Positions 34,532 to 45,208 of a stretch of 64,000 nucleotides of DNA are shown in pieces. The DNA lies in contig OX337241.1 of NCBI GenBank assembly GCA_946965045.2, positions 2,790,001 to 2,854,000 of the forward strand, read 5' to 3'. Below the pieces are notes generated by a model that had not been told where the DNA came from, made no database searches, and was given only the letters and a program-made list of their open reading frames with translations. Made by a program: the position numbers and the translations under genes. How positions within the stretch are numbered: the first letter of the stretch is position 1; each line of letters begins with the position of its first letter. This DNA comes from Epithemia pelagica. Lineage: Eukaryota > Protista > Bacillariophyta.

Positions 34532-36933
34532 TTATTTCGTGCAGGGTCCATCCAGAGAACACTGACGACAGGCATTTTCACAAACAAAGGTTTCCCCAGC
34601 ACCTAGGACCCTGCACTCATTTCCGACAAAAACTTGGTTATCGGGACAGTTTCGAACCACGAGTGGGTTACCATTCACGCAGACGACAACCGCGGTACAA
34701 GACGGATTGGCGGGAAGGAACGAAAAAGATCCATCGGGTGGACAACAGGGCTCGGCTGCAATGGGAGGGTTGGTGGGACTCTGAGATGGATTGCTGGTCC
34801 TCGTCGGAGCCGCGGATTGGGAGGGTTGTGAGGATGGAGCCCTTGACGTGGATGGAGCAGACGATGGTTCCATGCTGGGAGCGGCCGATACGGAAGAAGA
34901 GTCACTGGGAACCATGGACGGTTCCACACTGGGAGCGGTGGAGAGACTCGGCCGGGCACTGGGAAACGAACTGGGAGTCTTGGAAGGACGATCCGACGGA
35001 GAGAACGAAGCACTGGGAAATGAACTGGGGGTCTTGGAAGGACGATCCGAAGGAGAGGACGAAGGAGTTTTGGAAGGCTCGGAACTGGGTGCTGGTGAAA
35101 GGGAGGGCGTCGAACTGGGCTCTTGCGATAAGGTAGGCGTCGAACTTGGTGCCTGTGATGGCGTTCTCGAAGGAGCTTTGGAAGGCCTTTGTGAAGGCGT
35201 TGCACTGGGCTCTTGAGACGGATTGTCCGAAGGGCTACCGGATGGAATGCTAGATGGACTAGAAGAAGGACTTGTAGATGGAATATCCGTTGTCACGCCT
35301 GCTCGCAGTGCGTCCACACACTCCAGCGTAGCTCGAGCGTCCGCCAATCCAGCTCCCAGATCATCGCCAAGATTCTCTGCTTCGTCGTACATGCACTTTT
35401 TCAAGTCTGCGTTTGTGGCGTCTGGGTTGATACTTTTGGCCAGAGCAAGTATGCCTGCAATATGAGGACACGCCATACTGGTTCCGGACATTGTTAGATA
35501 GACCTCGGGGTGGAAGCCTGTCGAAAGGACGTTCCTTCCAGGCGCTGCAATATCGATCCAATCTCCTCTGTTGGTAAAATCAGACATTCTCTTATCGAGT
35601 TCCACGGACGCGACCGCGACGACTCGTGCATCTGCTCCGGGGTAATACAGATCTCTCGACCGCCTGTTCCCGGCAGCAAAAACAACCAACACATTTTTGT
35701 CCGTAGCATATTTGATGGCACTCTTCATGATGTCTGGATAGGCTCCTGCAGACGTGTAGCCCCACGAATTGGAACTAATGTGAGCACGGTTGTCGGCTGC
35801 GTAGACCATGGCTTTATCTACCCCTCCGGCACGACTCTTTCCAAACACGACAGTCGTCATGACTTGAACACCAAGATGGTCTTTGGTCCCACCGGCGACA
35901 CCGGCCACTCCCCGGTTATTGTCTGTGGTGGCCGCAATCGTACCAGTACAGTGACTCCCATGGTTATTGCTGCCCACAAGGTCTTTGCCTGAACCGTCAG
36001 CAAAGTTGTACCCATGGCAATATTTTGCACCACAGTTTGGATTCGTCCACAGATTACCTACAATTTAGAAATAATTGACAACATGACAAGCACAAAGTCA
36101 GTTGGGAGAATCTTGCGTCATGTCCATTTCAAAAGATCGACTTGTATCTTACTTTGTGAATCTGGGTGCTCCCGGTCCCATCCAGAGTCTGAGACATGCA
36201 TCACAATGTTGTTTAGGTTTGGCCATGCTCCTTTCGTGAACATATAGTCCCAAGCCTCGTGCAGCTTGATCAAGTTAAAATGATCGTTTTGCTCGTCTAC
36301 TCGAAGGTCATTAGGAAATGCTGCCAATGGTGTCGTCCCATTTCCGGTTAGGAATCGTGCCGAGTTGCGTCGCAGTCGTTGCTGTTTGGACGACAGCACT
36401 TCCTCGCTAACAACCTCCTGTATAATCGTATACTCGGCTTCAGCTGCTTCAAGTGGCGCCCAAGGATTGTAGCTGGAATTCAATTGATTCAGTTGTTCCG
36501 TCAACCGATTACTTTCGAGGCGCCTCAACTGTTCCAGAGCTGCGATGGTAGCCTGACCGGTTTGGGAGAAAGAGCTTGATCCCTTTGTGCAGTTGAACTT
36601 GACCCATCGAGTCAAGCCATAGGCTGAGTGCGCCGCGAGATTTTCTTCGGATGCCACAAACACTTTTTCAAACGAAGTGCAAAGGGGATAGAGATTATCC
36701 AGTACTTCTTGGGCTGCTTGTTCCACAGCACGTAGCTCATCTGCAATAGAATTTATGGAAAATCCTGACACGTTTTTGAGACTCGCAAACTTGACGTTAA
36801 AGTAATCGTCAATGCCGCCTTCTGCCGAGTGTTGCTCCAACAAGCGTCGATCAGGAAAGCGTGATCCATCAGTGCCATGTTCAACAAACAAATAAAGGGC
36901 AACCACAAAAAACCAAGACAGTCTCATTGTCAT
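34532..36933 (-). CDS. Secreted subtilisin-like serine protease (S8) with P/S/T linker and C-terminal CBM14/peritrophin-like domain; intron 36152-36058
   Basis: Signal peptide MTMRLSWFFVVALYLF; catalytic VSDSG, HGSHCTG, FAAGN, SGTSMACPH; spliced HPDSQSNLWTNP; mucin-like S-x-x-P-S repeats; Cys-rich CCPP...CTAVVVCVNG...CPDNQVF...C. Confidence 0.9.
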
Positions 36934-37204
36934 GACAACACGTATGGAAACTACAAGTTGCAACGTCGTAGTTCCTATGATTAGGAAAAATATGAAACCA
37001 TGGGATTGCCCTTTCGGTTCTACAGTTGGTCCTGCGGAAGATTGTGTGTGTTCTATAATTTGTTCTTGTGACAACTACCGAATTTGTGGACCGCCACGCG
37101 TATTCGACTCAGCTTCCTTAAGCGAGTCATTTCAACTAATTGCCTCCATTCTTAGTCCACGTTTGAGTAGTCGTTTAATTTCAAACTGTAGCGCCCTTCG
37201 AGTC

Positions 37205-37455
37205 CCGCATCGTACCCAACAGGTTAAGCAGGGACCGACGGACGAACGATGAGAGACTGATGATGTCGCTCCCAACAAGATGGCAACGACACGTCAGAGT
37301 TGGTTGGGGTCATCAATGACTCTTATGAGTCATACCCCAACCTACGAGAATATGGAGAAAGGATTCCTAAAGGAGTCATAAGTTTATGAGAAGAAAACTC
37401 TTCGGTTGTATCACGGATCTGATCACCCATTGATCATCGTGGAGTTCTCTTTTTG
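37205..37455 (+). repeat. Split direct repeat A1
   Basis: Identical to 45619-45869. Confidence 0.95.
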
Positions 37456-37549
37456 TTTTCTTTTTCTCCCTGTTGACCGTGCCAACCACTCGTTCGTTCG
37501 CTTTGTTCTCTTTTCTGGGTTCTCTTCCTTTGCGTTCCTATTACCCGCA

Positions 37550-39907
37550 ATGTTCGATTGGACGGGGACTTCGGAATCCTCGCCCTCTGTGGGGTCAACA
37601 GGTGAGTCTTTTGTGTCAGTTACCGGGGGGGGTGCCCTACGTTCGGGTTCTCTCTTCGGTATCCTGCGGATGGAAGAGTCCGCTTTTGGAGATTTGTGTC
37701 GGGGCGTCATCGGGTCAGGGCAACGCATTTGTTTGCGTTCGGAGTGTAACATTGCCTCCCATTCGGTCAAAAAAGTCAGTTGGGCCCAATTGGTCGGGGA
37801 TGATTCGCACTGTATCTTCATCCAAGGTTCCAGTGGTGCAGAAGGCGAAGCCGCAACCAGTGTGTTCGGTTCCCCGGTTCTTCCGGGTTCATGTGTTCGT
37901 GATTCCGAATGGGCGGAATTAGAAACAAGTCCTCGAAGTTTGGAAAGCTGGCAAGCTACATTTGCTTCTCTTAAAGATGCCATGCAGAATTCTGGATCTG
38001 ATCAAGTCGACGAGAAGACAGTGGCCGATCTGCTGGAGACCACTAAACACGACGTGAAGTTTGTCTTTACGCCAGCCAGGAAGAAGCATCGGGGCAAGGA
38101 TATCGCTACGAGTACGCCTTCGCAGGATTATGATCAAAAACCCGCTGCCAAGAAACCGATTCCTAAGCCTATTCCTTTTTTCAAGGTGCCCGTCGAATTG
38201 GGCTCTCAGCCTGACAAGGCTATTCGTACCCTTATTCAAGGAGCTTGGCGAGACCTTGTAACCAATGTTTCAACTCTCAAGGCTACCATTGAGATCGAGC
38301 GTTCCAAGTCGCCGACTGAGAATGTGGGGGCGGATGCGTATTTGGATGAAATTGAGTTGAAGACTTCGGTTCTGCGAGAACTTTTGGGAGATCGACCAGC
38401 AGATTTTGGAACGGCTTCAGCTTTCGGATTACTGTCCCAAGTGGTGGAGTCTCTGCGCGATTTGGAGGCATCGATGAACGTGTATAAGGTTCGCGTAGAC
38501 TCGTTGTCGGTTGGTTCGATCTCTACTGCGCTGGAACAGCGAATTCAAGTCCTGGAGGATCAAGCACGGTCGTTCGAATCGCTCATGCAAAAGGCGATCA
38601 AGGAACAACTTGATATCCATTTTACTCGAGGGGATTTTCGCACTCAGTTCATCGAGCCCACGTTGAAGCTGCTTTCTCGATCGTCTCGAGTGTCAACGGA
38701 CCCGGGGGGAAAATGGGAGGATGAACTCACAGGTTTGGCCTCCAGAGTTTCGACGTTGGAATCAGCCCAAAGCAATCAACCGTCCACTGCTTCCGTCAAT
38801 TTCTTGAACCATGGAAGTTCGAACAACTCGTCGGGTCTTTTCCAATGGAATGCACAAGCTCCCTTGTCATCGACCCCAACAACAACAACAGGAAGTGTGG
38901 TGGGGGATCTGCGTCAGGAAATGCTTGCCTTGAAGGAAGAAGTGGCGCGCTTGAAAGCAGATGTAAAGGATTTGCAGGATCAGGCCGAATCGGACGCCAT
39001 TGTCATTGGCTCTATTGTCTTCTCTTCGAAGAAGTTTTGCCAAAGTTGGCTTGTCTTGCATGGGGCCGAAGGAGATCCTCACGTGTTTGTCGATCCTGTA
39101 TCAATGTTGTCAATCTCAACATCGGACGCTACCCAGGACGAAGAACGGGCCGCTAACCAGCGAGCAACAACAGCGAAGGTCAAAGACAAATCGCCGTATC
39201 ATACGGCCTACATCGCGTCCTTTAGCCTGGAACTACCGCCATTGCTGGGCAAGGGAGGAGATTCATCGCTCACAACTAATTCGCGAGCTTTAGCGGGGGT
39301 TCCACGCTTCGTTGATTTCCACCCACCGTCCGGCAGGGAAGGAATTCAACAACGAATCTTGGATTACATTAAAGACGGGAAGAAGACTTTGGAGGAATCG
39401 ATTGGCGACCTTTTCGCGTTTGGGTCGGAACCGGCAAGCGTCGCTCGAGAACTCTTACTTCTTAGTAAGACGTTCTGGGACGAGCTTTGCCATTGGATGA
39501 TTCGCTATCACCGCGAAATCAAAGAAGAAAGCGACGCTACCGAGCACGAGGTCTGGATACTTATATCGCATTGTGTACGTGCGGTATTTAAGAGTCTGCG
39601 TGACGCTCGTGCTCCCGGTCGTGCATCGTCAACCCCCGGTGGAATGCTTTGGGGAACACTTCGAGCCCATCAGGTCATGAAGGATTATCGAGGCCACGAC
39701 TTCAGCGGCCACCCAAAAATTGCACTAATCCTGCATGAACATCTCATTCGTTTTTCGACGCCTCGCTCAAAATTCGATGAGCTCCAATTGCAATTCGACG
39801 AAAAGCTGGAGAAGGTTCAGCGATCAGTGAACCAAGCGGTGGCAGCTGTGAACAAGAAGGGTAGTAACAATAAATCTACAGGCGAATCCAAGAAGCAACA
39901 AGGTTGA
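37550..39907 (+). CDS. Gag-like ORF1 of the YR retrotransposon
   Basis: First ORF after A1; N-terminal C-x9-C-x4-C-x4-H (CRGVIGSGQRICLRSECNIASH); long coiled coils; ATG 37550 within track ORF 37406..39907. Confidence 0.8.
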   Translation: MFDWTGTSESSPSVGSTGESFVSVTGGGALRSGSLFGILRMEESAFGDLCRGVIGSGQRICLRSECNIASHSVKKVSWAQLVGDDSHCIFIQGSSGAEGEAATSVFGSPVLPGSCVRDSEWAELETSPRSLESWQATFASLKDAMQNSGSDQVDEKTVADLLETTKHDVKFVFTPARKKHRGKDIATSTPSQDYDQKPAAKKPIPKPIPFFKVPVELGSQPDKAIRTLIQGAWRDLVTNVSTLKATIEIERSKSPTENVGADAYLDEIELKTSVLRELLGDRPADFGTASAFGLLSQVVESLRDLEASMNVYKVRVDSLSVGSISTALEQRIQVLEDQARSFESLMQKAIKEQLDIHFTRGDFRTQFIEPTLKLLSRSSRVSTDPGGKWEDELTGLASRVSTLESAQSNQPSTASVNFLNHGSSNNSSGLFQWNAQAPLSSTPTTTTGSVVGDLRQEMLALKEEVARLKADVKDLQDQAESDAIVIGSIVFSSKKFCQSWLVLHGAEGDPHVFVDPVSMLSISTSDATQDEERAANQRATTAKVKDKSPYHTAYIASFSLELPPLLGKGGDSSLTTNSRALAGVPRFVDFHPPSGREGIQQRILDYIKDGKKTLEESIGDLFAFGSEPASVARELLLLSKTFWDELCHWMIRYHREIKEESDATEHEVWILISHCVRAVFKSLRDARAPGRASSTPGGMLWGTLRAHQVMKDYRGHDFSGHPKIALILHEHLIRFSTPRSKFDELQLQFDEKLEKVQRSVNQAVAAVNKKGSNNKSTGESKKQQG

Positions 39908-40057
39908 TCTGGACGGGAGAACATTGGCGAGAATGATAACGGTACGAGGGATGAAAGTATATGTGAAGAAAAGACAAGAGAACCATCAACGATTAGTGAT
40001 GATAAGTTAGACTGTGATGCAATTGCTGAAACATCGACACTCTTCCCACTCGGCGTC

Positions 40058-43000
40058 TTGGAGAAAAAGAACATGGGCCTTCCCGTAGGCTATGGATCGT
40101 TGGCGATTGGGTTGGTGTGTTTCTCTGTTCCATTTTGGTTTTGGTCAACATCACTCCTGGGCTCTGTGTCGTGGATAGATGTTTGTCACCCTGTCTCTTG
40201 GCTCGCTTCAGTCCAAGGCTCGACACTACCGTTGGTGATGGAAGAGAAGGATGCAAGTCCTGACAGAAGAAAGAGAAAGTCCGATGGAAAGCTGAAGACT
40301 CCGCCTGTTTTTGCTGAACGTTGGAACGAGGCTGATGTTATCTTGTTCGATGAGTTGTGCCCGGGGCCCTCCCATGATGTATGGAAGTCCGTTAGAGTTC
40401 AGTTTGTTGTATGGTGGAAGAGCAAGTCATGGAGCGGCCCCCCAAAAGAAGAATCAAGGTGGATCGTTTCGAAACTAAGAATGGAGCATGCAACACTAGG
40501 AGGAGTGACCACAAGAGTTGACTGGATCTTTGTAGCTTCTCGCTTCATGCACTCAGATCAGAAGCAAACCATCAGCTTTTTGGATTGGTGGAAAGGATCA
40601 ATGGAAAAGGGATTGAGTTTGACAACGGTTCGTGGCATCATTAAGCCCACGGAGCATGGGAAACCTCGAGCTGTGTCCAAGGTCAAGTCAGAAGATCTGT
40701 TGTGTGACCGCAAAATGAATTGGAAACTGGATAGGGAGAAGGTTCATATCCTCCCAAGTGTATTCTCTCCAACGGGTCTGGTGCAGCGAAAGCTTGTGCC
40801 AAAGGAGTTAGCACTAGCACTGGATTTCCCCTCTCAATTGAGTGCCGGTCGGTCAGACGAGGAACTGTCAGAACTGATTGATAAGACTGGACCTCCATTC
40901 AAGACGCGAGTTCAGGTTGTGCGGCTCATCCGTGACTTCATTGAACAGCAAACCTCTGCGAAATCCAAGAAGAGAGAAAGGCCCGAAAGCTCTCGAACGG
41001 ATTCCAAAGTTGCATCGTCTGATGTTAGTGCACATGGAATGAAGGTAGACGAAGACGAGCGTGTACCTGACGACATGGAGATACTAACCGACAACGCGCT
41101 TCACGAATTGGAAAGAGAAGAAGACCGCAATTTAAAAGCAACAAAATCGGATGACGCCGCTATTCCTCATTATTTGTGGAACGATCGAATACTTGATCGT
41201 TTTGGAATGGTGAACGAAGATGACAGGGCAAGAGGAATTCACGCTCTCGATTGGATAAGACACGGAGCGTTGATATATTGGAAACGTTTAGTTTCAAGAA
41301 GTTTCTGGAGGTGGTGGCGCGATTCGCAATCGTGCCTTTCAACATCAGAAAGACAAACTTCAATCGCATCAGGACTCAGCGCTTTACGTCATTCTGCGCT
41401 AGCTTCATGGTGGGATTGGGATGCAGGGTCGTCCCCCTTTTTCTGGCGGATGCCGGACCCCGATTGGCTCGTTGATATGAGGGATGGGGTAAAACCAATG
41501 TGGATTGGACCCCCACCCAAGTATAGAATACCACAACGACCTAATCCAGATCCGGCCCATCTCGCGTTAGAAAAGAAGAAGATTGGAAAGGTCCGAAAAC
41601 GCGGTTACATTGGTCCTACCGAGGGAATTCGTTCCTTAACGAGTTTCTTTTCAGTACCCAAGGGACCGTCGGACATTAGAATGGTTTATGATGGAACCAA
41701 GAGTGGATTGAACGATTCACTCTTGGCTCCTTGGTTTGGATTGGCTACGGTGGATGCCATGTTAAGAACAGTCTGTGAAGGCACGTGGTCAGGTGACAAC
41801 GACTTTGGTGAAATGTTTCTCAATTTCTGGATTCATCCAGAAATTAGAAGCTATACGGGAGTTGATTTAACTACGCTGTTCCCAGAGGAGCTTGATGCCA
41901 AGGATGGTTCGAAGAAATGTCTTTGGGAGGCTTGGACTCGTTGTGCAATGGGGGTTACTGTGTCCCCATATCAGACCACGCAATGTACTCAACGGGTCAA
42001 GCGGATTGTTTTCGGATGTCGGTTCAACGATGATAATATTTTCCGGTGGACCGATGTTCGCCTCAATTTACCGGGAAACGATGACTATGATCCCTCAAAG
42101 CCTTGGATTTGTAAAGTCAGGGAAGACGGAAAAATAGCTGTGGATGTGCATTCGTACGTCGATGACTTACGAGGTACAGCGCCATCCGAAGAAGAGGCAT
42201 GGCAAGCATCTAGTGCAATGGCCAAAGGTTCAGCATATTTTGGCTTGCAAGACGCAGCACGCAAGCGTAGACCACCAAGTCAGAATCCAGGGGCTTGGGC
42301 TGGCGCAGTGGTAGAGACGACCTCAGAGGCCGTGTTCAAAACAGTATCCCAAGAACGATGGGACAAGACGAAAAAACATGTCGCAACTCTGGCCGACTGG
42401 GCTGGAAAGGACGATCCAATCAACCGGAAGGAGCTGGAACGAATCCGAGGTTTTCTGGTGTACGTGTCGCTCACCTTCAAAGCCCTGGTTCCGTATTTGA
42501 AGGGTATACACTTAACCCTTGAAAGTTGGCGACCCGACCGCGATTCCGAGGGTTGGAGAGTCGGAAAGAAGCAAAGACAAGAATTGGTGCAAGCATCGAG
42601 CGACGCATCAATGAGAAAAGAAGCTCCGATAGAAGTGGAGCAAGTTCCAAGATTTAAAGATGACATTCGCGCGATCAAGGAACTCACCGACTTCGAGAAA
42701 CCACCTAAGCTCTTAGCCAGGCCAAGAAAGGGATCTAAGGCTGTGATTGTGTTCGCTGATGCATCGGGAGAAGGATTTGGATCTTCACTCTGGATTTACG
42801 GGTCTGATACGGTGGACACTGAACATGGTCTGTGGACCAGACAGTATGGGTCCCGCTCATCGAATTTTCGGGAACTTTACAACCTGATCCTTCGGTTGGA
42901 AGCCTTGGTACATGGTAACCAGCTTGAACATGGGGCGGAAGTTTTTATGTTCACTGACAACGCAACGTCAGAGTCAGCCTTTTACCGAGGCACGTCGTCG

Positions 43001-43693
43001 TCATACCTTTTGTTTAGTTTGGTTCTTCGCGCCCGAAAGATGGAGATGGATGGACGAATATTTTTGAGGGTGGTCTGGGTAGCTGGAACGCGAATGATCG
43101 CTCAGGGAACAGATGGTCTGTCCCGAGGCGACTTGATGACGGGCGTCATGGCCGGGAGCTCGATGTTGTTTCACGTACCGCTAAATCGTCATTGCGAAGA
43201 AAGACAACCAGGGGTGGTTCCTTGGCTAAAGAGCAATTGTGATGATCGAATCTGGGTTGACACCACACCAACTGATTGGTTTGACGGTATCTTCAATAAA
43301 GGAAACTTCGTCTGGACTCCGCCACCTTGTATCGCTGATGTTGCAGTGGATCAACTGTGTGATTCAGTGCACATACGTCCCAGAAATAGCCACATATTCG
43401 TTTGCCCTGCCCTGATGACATACTTGTGGCGAAAGAAGCTTGGAAAAGTCGCTGACTTTGTGTTTAAGATTCCCGCTGGCTGCGGAATTTGGTCTCAGTC
43501 TCAACATGAACCTTTGATTGTTGCTTTCGTGTTACCTCATCTCTTTCGCAGGCCTTGGCAAGTTCGAAGAGCAAAAGGGTTATTGGATGACATCGAAAAC
43601 CACATGCGTGAAATGTGGTCATCCAGTGGCACCCCTGATGGGTCTTGTTTGCGCCAACTATGGGCATTCAAGGGGTACAAGCCGAGTGTGTAA
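40058..43693 (+). CDS. Pol ORF2: C5-methyltransferase-like domain + reverse transcriptase + RNase H + C-terminal PPP (MT-like) region
   Basis: RT FFSVPKG..IRMVYDGT, NDFGEMFLNF, SYVDDL; RNase H FADASG, RELYNL, FTDNAT, DGLSR; C-terminal FVWTPPP. The first in-frame ATG is at 40073. Confidence 0.92.
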   Translation: MEKKNMGLPVGYGSLAIGLVCFSVPFWFWSTSLLGSVSWIDVCHPVSWLASVQGSTLPLVMEEKDASPDRRKRKSDGKLKTPPVFAERWNEADVILFDELCPGPSHDVWKSVRVQFVVWWKSKSWSGPPKEESRWIVSKLRMEHATLGGVTTRVDWIFVASRFMHSDQKQTISFLDWWKGSMEKGLSLTTVRGIIKPTEHGKPRAVSKVKSEDLLCDRKMNWKLDREKVHILPSVFSPTGLVQRKLVPKELALALDFPSQLSAGRSDEELSELIDKTGPPFKTRVQVVRLIRDFIEQQTSAKSKKRERPESSRTDSKVASSDVSAHGMKVDEDERVPDDMEILTDNALHELEREEDRNLKATKSDDAAIPHYLWNDRILDRFGMVNEDDRARGIHALDWIRHGALIYWKRLVSRSFWRWWRDSQSCLSTSERQTSIASGLSALRHSALASWWDWDAGSSPFFWRMPDPDWLVDMRDGVKPMWIGPPPKYRIPQRPNPDPAHLALEKKKIGKVRKRGYIGPTEGIRSLTSFFSVPKGPSDIRMVYDGTKSGLNDSLLAPWFGLATVDAMLRTVCEGTWSGDNDFGEMFLNFWIHPEIRSYTGVDLTTLFPEELDAKDGSKKCLWEAWTRCAMGVTVSPYQTTQCTQRVKRIVFGCRFNDDNIFRWTDVRLNLPGNDDYDPSKPWICKVREDGKIAVDVHSYVDDLRGTAPSEEEAWQASSAMAKGSAYFGLQDAARKRRPPSQNPGAWAGAVVETTSEAVFKTVSQERWDKTKKHVATLADWAGKDDPINRKELERIRGFLVYVSLTFKALVPYLKGIHLTLESWRPDRDSEGWRVGKKQRQELVQASSDASMRKEAPIEVEQVPRFKDDIRAIKELTDFEKPPKLLARPRKGSKAVIVFADASGEGFGSSLWIYGSDTVDTEHGLWTRQYGSRSSNFRELYNLILRLEALVHGNQLEHGAEVFMFTDNATSESAFYRGTSSSYLLFSLVLRARKMEMDGRIFLRVVWVAGTRMIAQGTDGLSRGDLMTGVMAGSSMLFHVPLNRHCEERQPGVVPWLKSNCDDRIWVDTTPTDWFDGIFNKGNFVWTPPPCIADVAVDQLCDSVHIRPRNSHIFVCPALMTYLWRKKLGKVADFVFKIPAGCGIWSQSQHEPLIVAFVLPHLFRRPWQVRRAKGLLDDIENHMREMWSSSGTPDGSCLRQLWAFKGYKPSV

Positions 43694-45095
43694 GAGTGCA
43701 TGGCATGCAAATTGTTATTGCCAGAGTCAGGATGATAGATTCCCAGTATTGGAGCCGGGTGACTTGGACGACGCTTTGTTAGATGGTGAAGGACATGCCG
43801 AGATTGAAGACGACCCAGGCCGGTTTAAAGAGGCACGAGATGGAGACCATTTCTTGTGTCCTTTTCAGTGTGACTCGTGTTCGTTCTTCAATGTGCAGGG
43901 GCGATTTGAGCGAGACAACTCAGAACCCGATCGCCTGTTGATGGTCTGTATTCGACGAGCGAATTTAGACGCGTTCTGGTCGAGAGAGCGATCGACCGTG
44001 GATAAAAATCTACGTGAACTGAAGGGTCTCCAATCGCTAGGAGAGACGATCGGTCTCCATCGACCCCTCCCGAATCGCGGGCCTTTTCCAATCGGCGATA
44101 GCAATGGTCTTGGCGCTGCCTGTTTGATGCTCATGAAAACTTTGAAAGAGGGTAAGAATGCTAAGCACATTCAATATGAAACGGCCCGAAAAGTGAGATC
44201 AACCATCAGCAATTTCATGCATACGCTTCCTGGAGGAACTGGTTGGTCAACGATGGGATCCGGAGACCGCTCGTCGTTGGTATTCACTGCCAGCCCTACC
44301 AATTCATATTGGTACAAGCGCTTTCTCAGTGGATGTCATCGAAGAATGGGTGATGTATGGATCCCGGATAGAGCTGTGACGCTCGAAGAGATTCATGTTG
44401 GTTTGGACATCTTGGAAAAAGAATGGAAGGGTGTTCCAAGAGGCCAAAGAAAGTTGGAGGTCGCCCTGTCAGGAGCACTGGTTGTTATTGGGTTTTGTGC
44501 AGCCTTGCGCGGTGAAGAAATCCCACAGGTTGACGTCGGTCTCATCCGCAAATATTGGTTGGAAGGGATAACTTGCTCAAGAGTCGCTCACGTTCCTTTG
44601 GCAATGGCTGGTCGATTCAAACAGACCAATGGTGCATTTAAAATATACATCCAGCCGTTGGCGGAAACAACGAAGTCAGGCATCGGGATCAGACTATGGA
44701 TCGAGCGAGCAATCAGAGAGTTGAACGCGAGAAAGGTGGAATCTGGACCGATGTTTCGTCGAGTGACAAAAACAGGAAAGGTCAACCGAGCGATGGTAGG
44801 AGACTTGGACATATTGATGATTGCTCTCTGGAAGAGGATCCAACATCATCGTCCGGATATCATTCCTGATACTGTTAAGGTAGAGGAAGAATACAGTGCC
44901 AGACGATCCTTTCGCCGAGGAGCAACGACGGAAGCCCAAAATAAGAAGATACCGAAAGAGGTGATCGAAGCAAACAATCGATGGCGAAAGCACTTGAGAA
45001 ACAAGGGCGTGCTCCCTGGGATGAGCATGTTGGAAAGATATTCGGATGCAAAGGCGTCTGTCGAATCTTTGGTGCGCTTCTCAGAGTGCTTGTAA
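43587..45095 (+). CDS. Tyrosine recombinase ORF3 with N-terminal Cys/His zinc-finger-like region; overlaps the 3' end of pol
   Basis: ALRGEEIP (catalytic R), ARRSFRRGAT, NRWR, MLERYS (Y); ATG 43587 within track ORF 43518..45095. Confidence 0.9.
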   Translation: MTSKTTCVKCGHPVAPLMGLVCANYGHSRGTSRVCKSAWHANCYCQSQDDRFPVLEPGDLDDALLDGEGHAEIEDDPGRFKEARDGDHFLCPFQCDSCSFFNVQGRFERDNSEPDRLLMVCIRRANLDAFWSRERSTVDKNLRELKGLQSLGETIGLHRPLPNRGPFPIGDSNGLGAACLMLMKTLKEGKNAKHIQYETARKVRSTISNFMHTLPGGTGWSTMGSGDRSSLVFTASPTNSYWYKRFLSGCHRRMGDVWIPDRAVTLEEIHVGLDILEKEWKGVPRGQRKLEVALSGALVVIGFCAALRGEEIPQVDVGLIRKYWLEGITCSRVAHVPLAMAGRFKQTNGAFKIYIQPLAETTKSGIGIRLWIERAIRELNARKVESGPMFRRVTKTGKVNRAMVGDLDILMIALWKRIQHHRPDIIPDTVKVEEEYSARRSFRRGATTEAQNKKIPKEVIEANNRWRKHLRNKGVLPGMSMLERYSDAKASVESLVRFSECL

Positions 45096-45208
45096 TCGAG
45101 TCAAGAGGAATCGAACACGGGATCGGAGAAGGCAAGGATGGACACACAAGCGGCAAGAGCTGCGAAATGGAAATGAAGAATGTTGGTGTGGGATTCATTT
45201 ACCGAAAT

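Noticed and set aside
37199-37207. cgagtcccg at the left junction also occurs in repeat B (45451) and at about 59760
   Set aside because: Matches of 9-11 bp without positional logic; compatible with chance.
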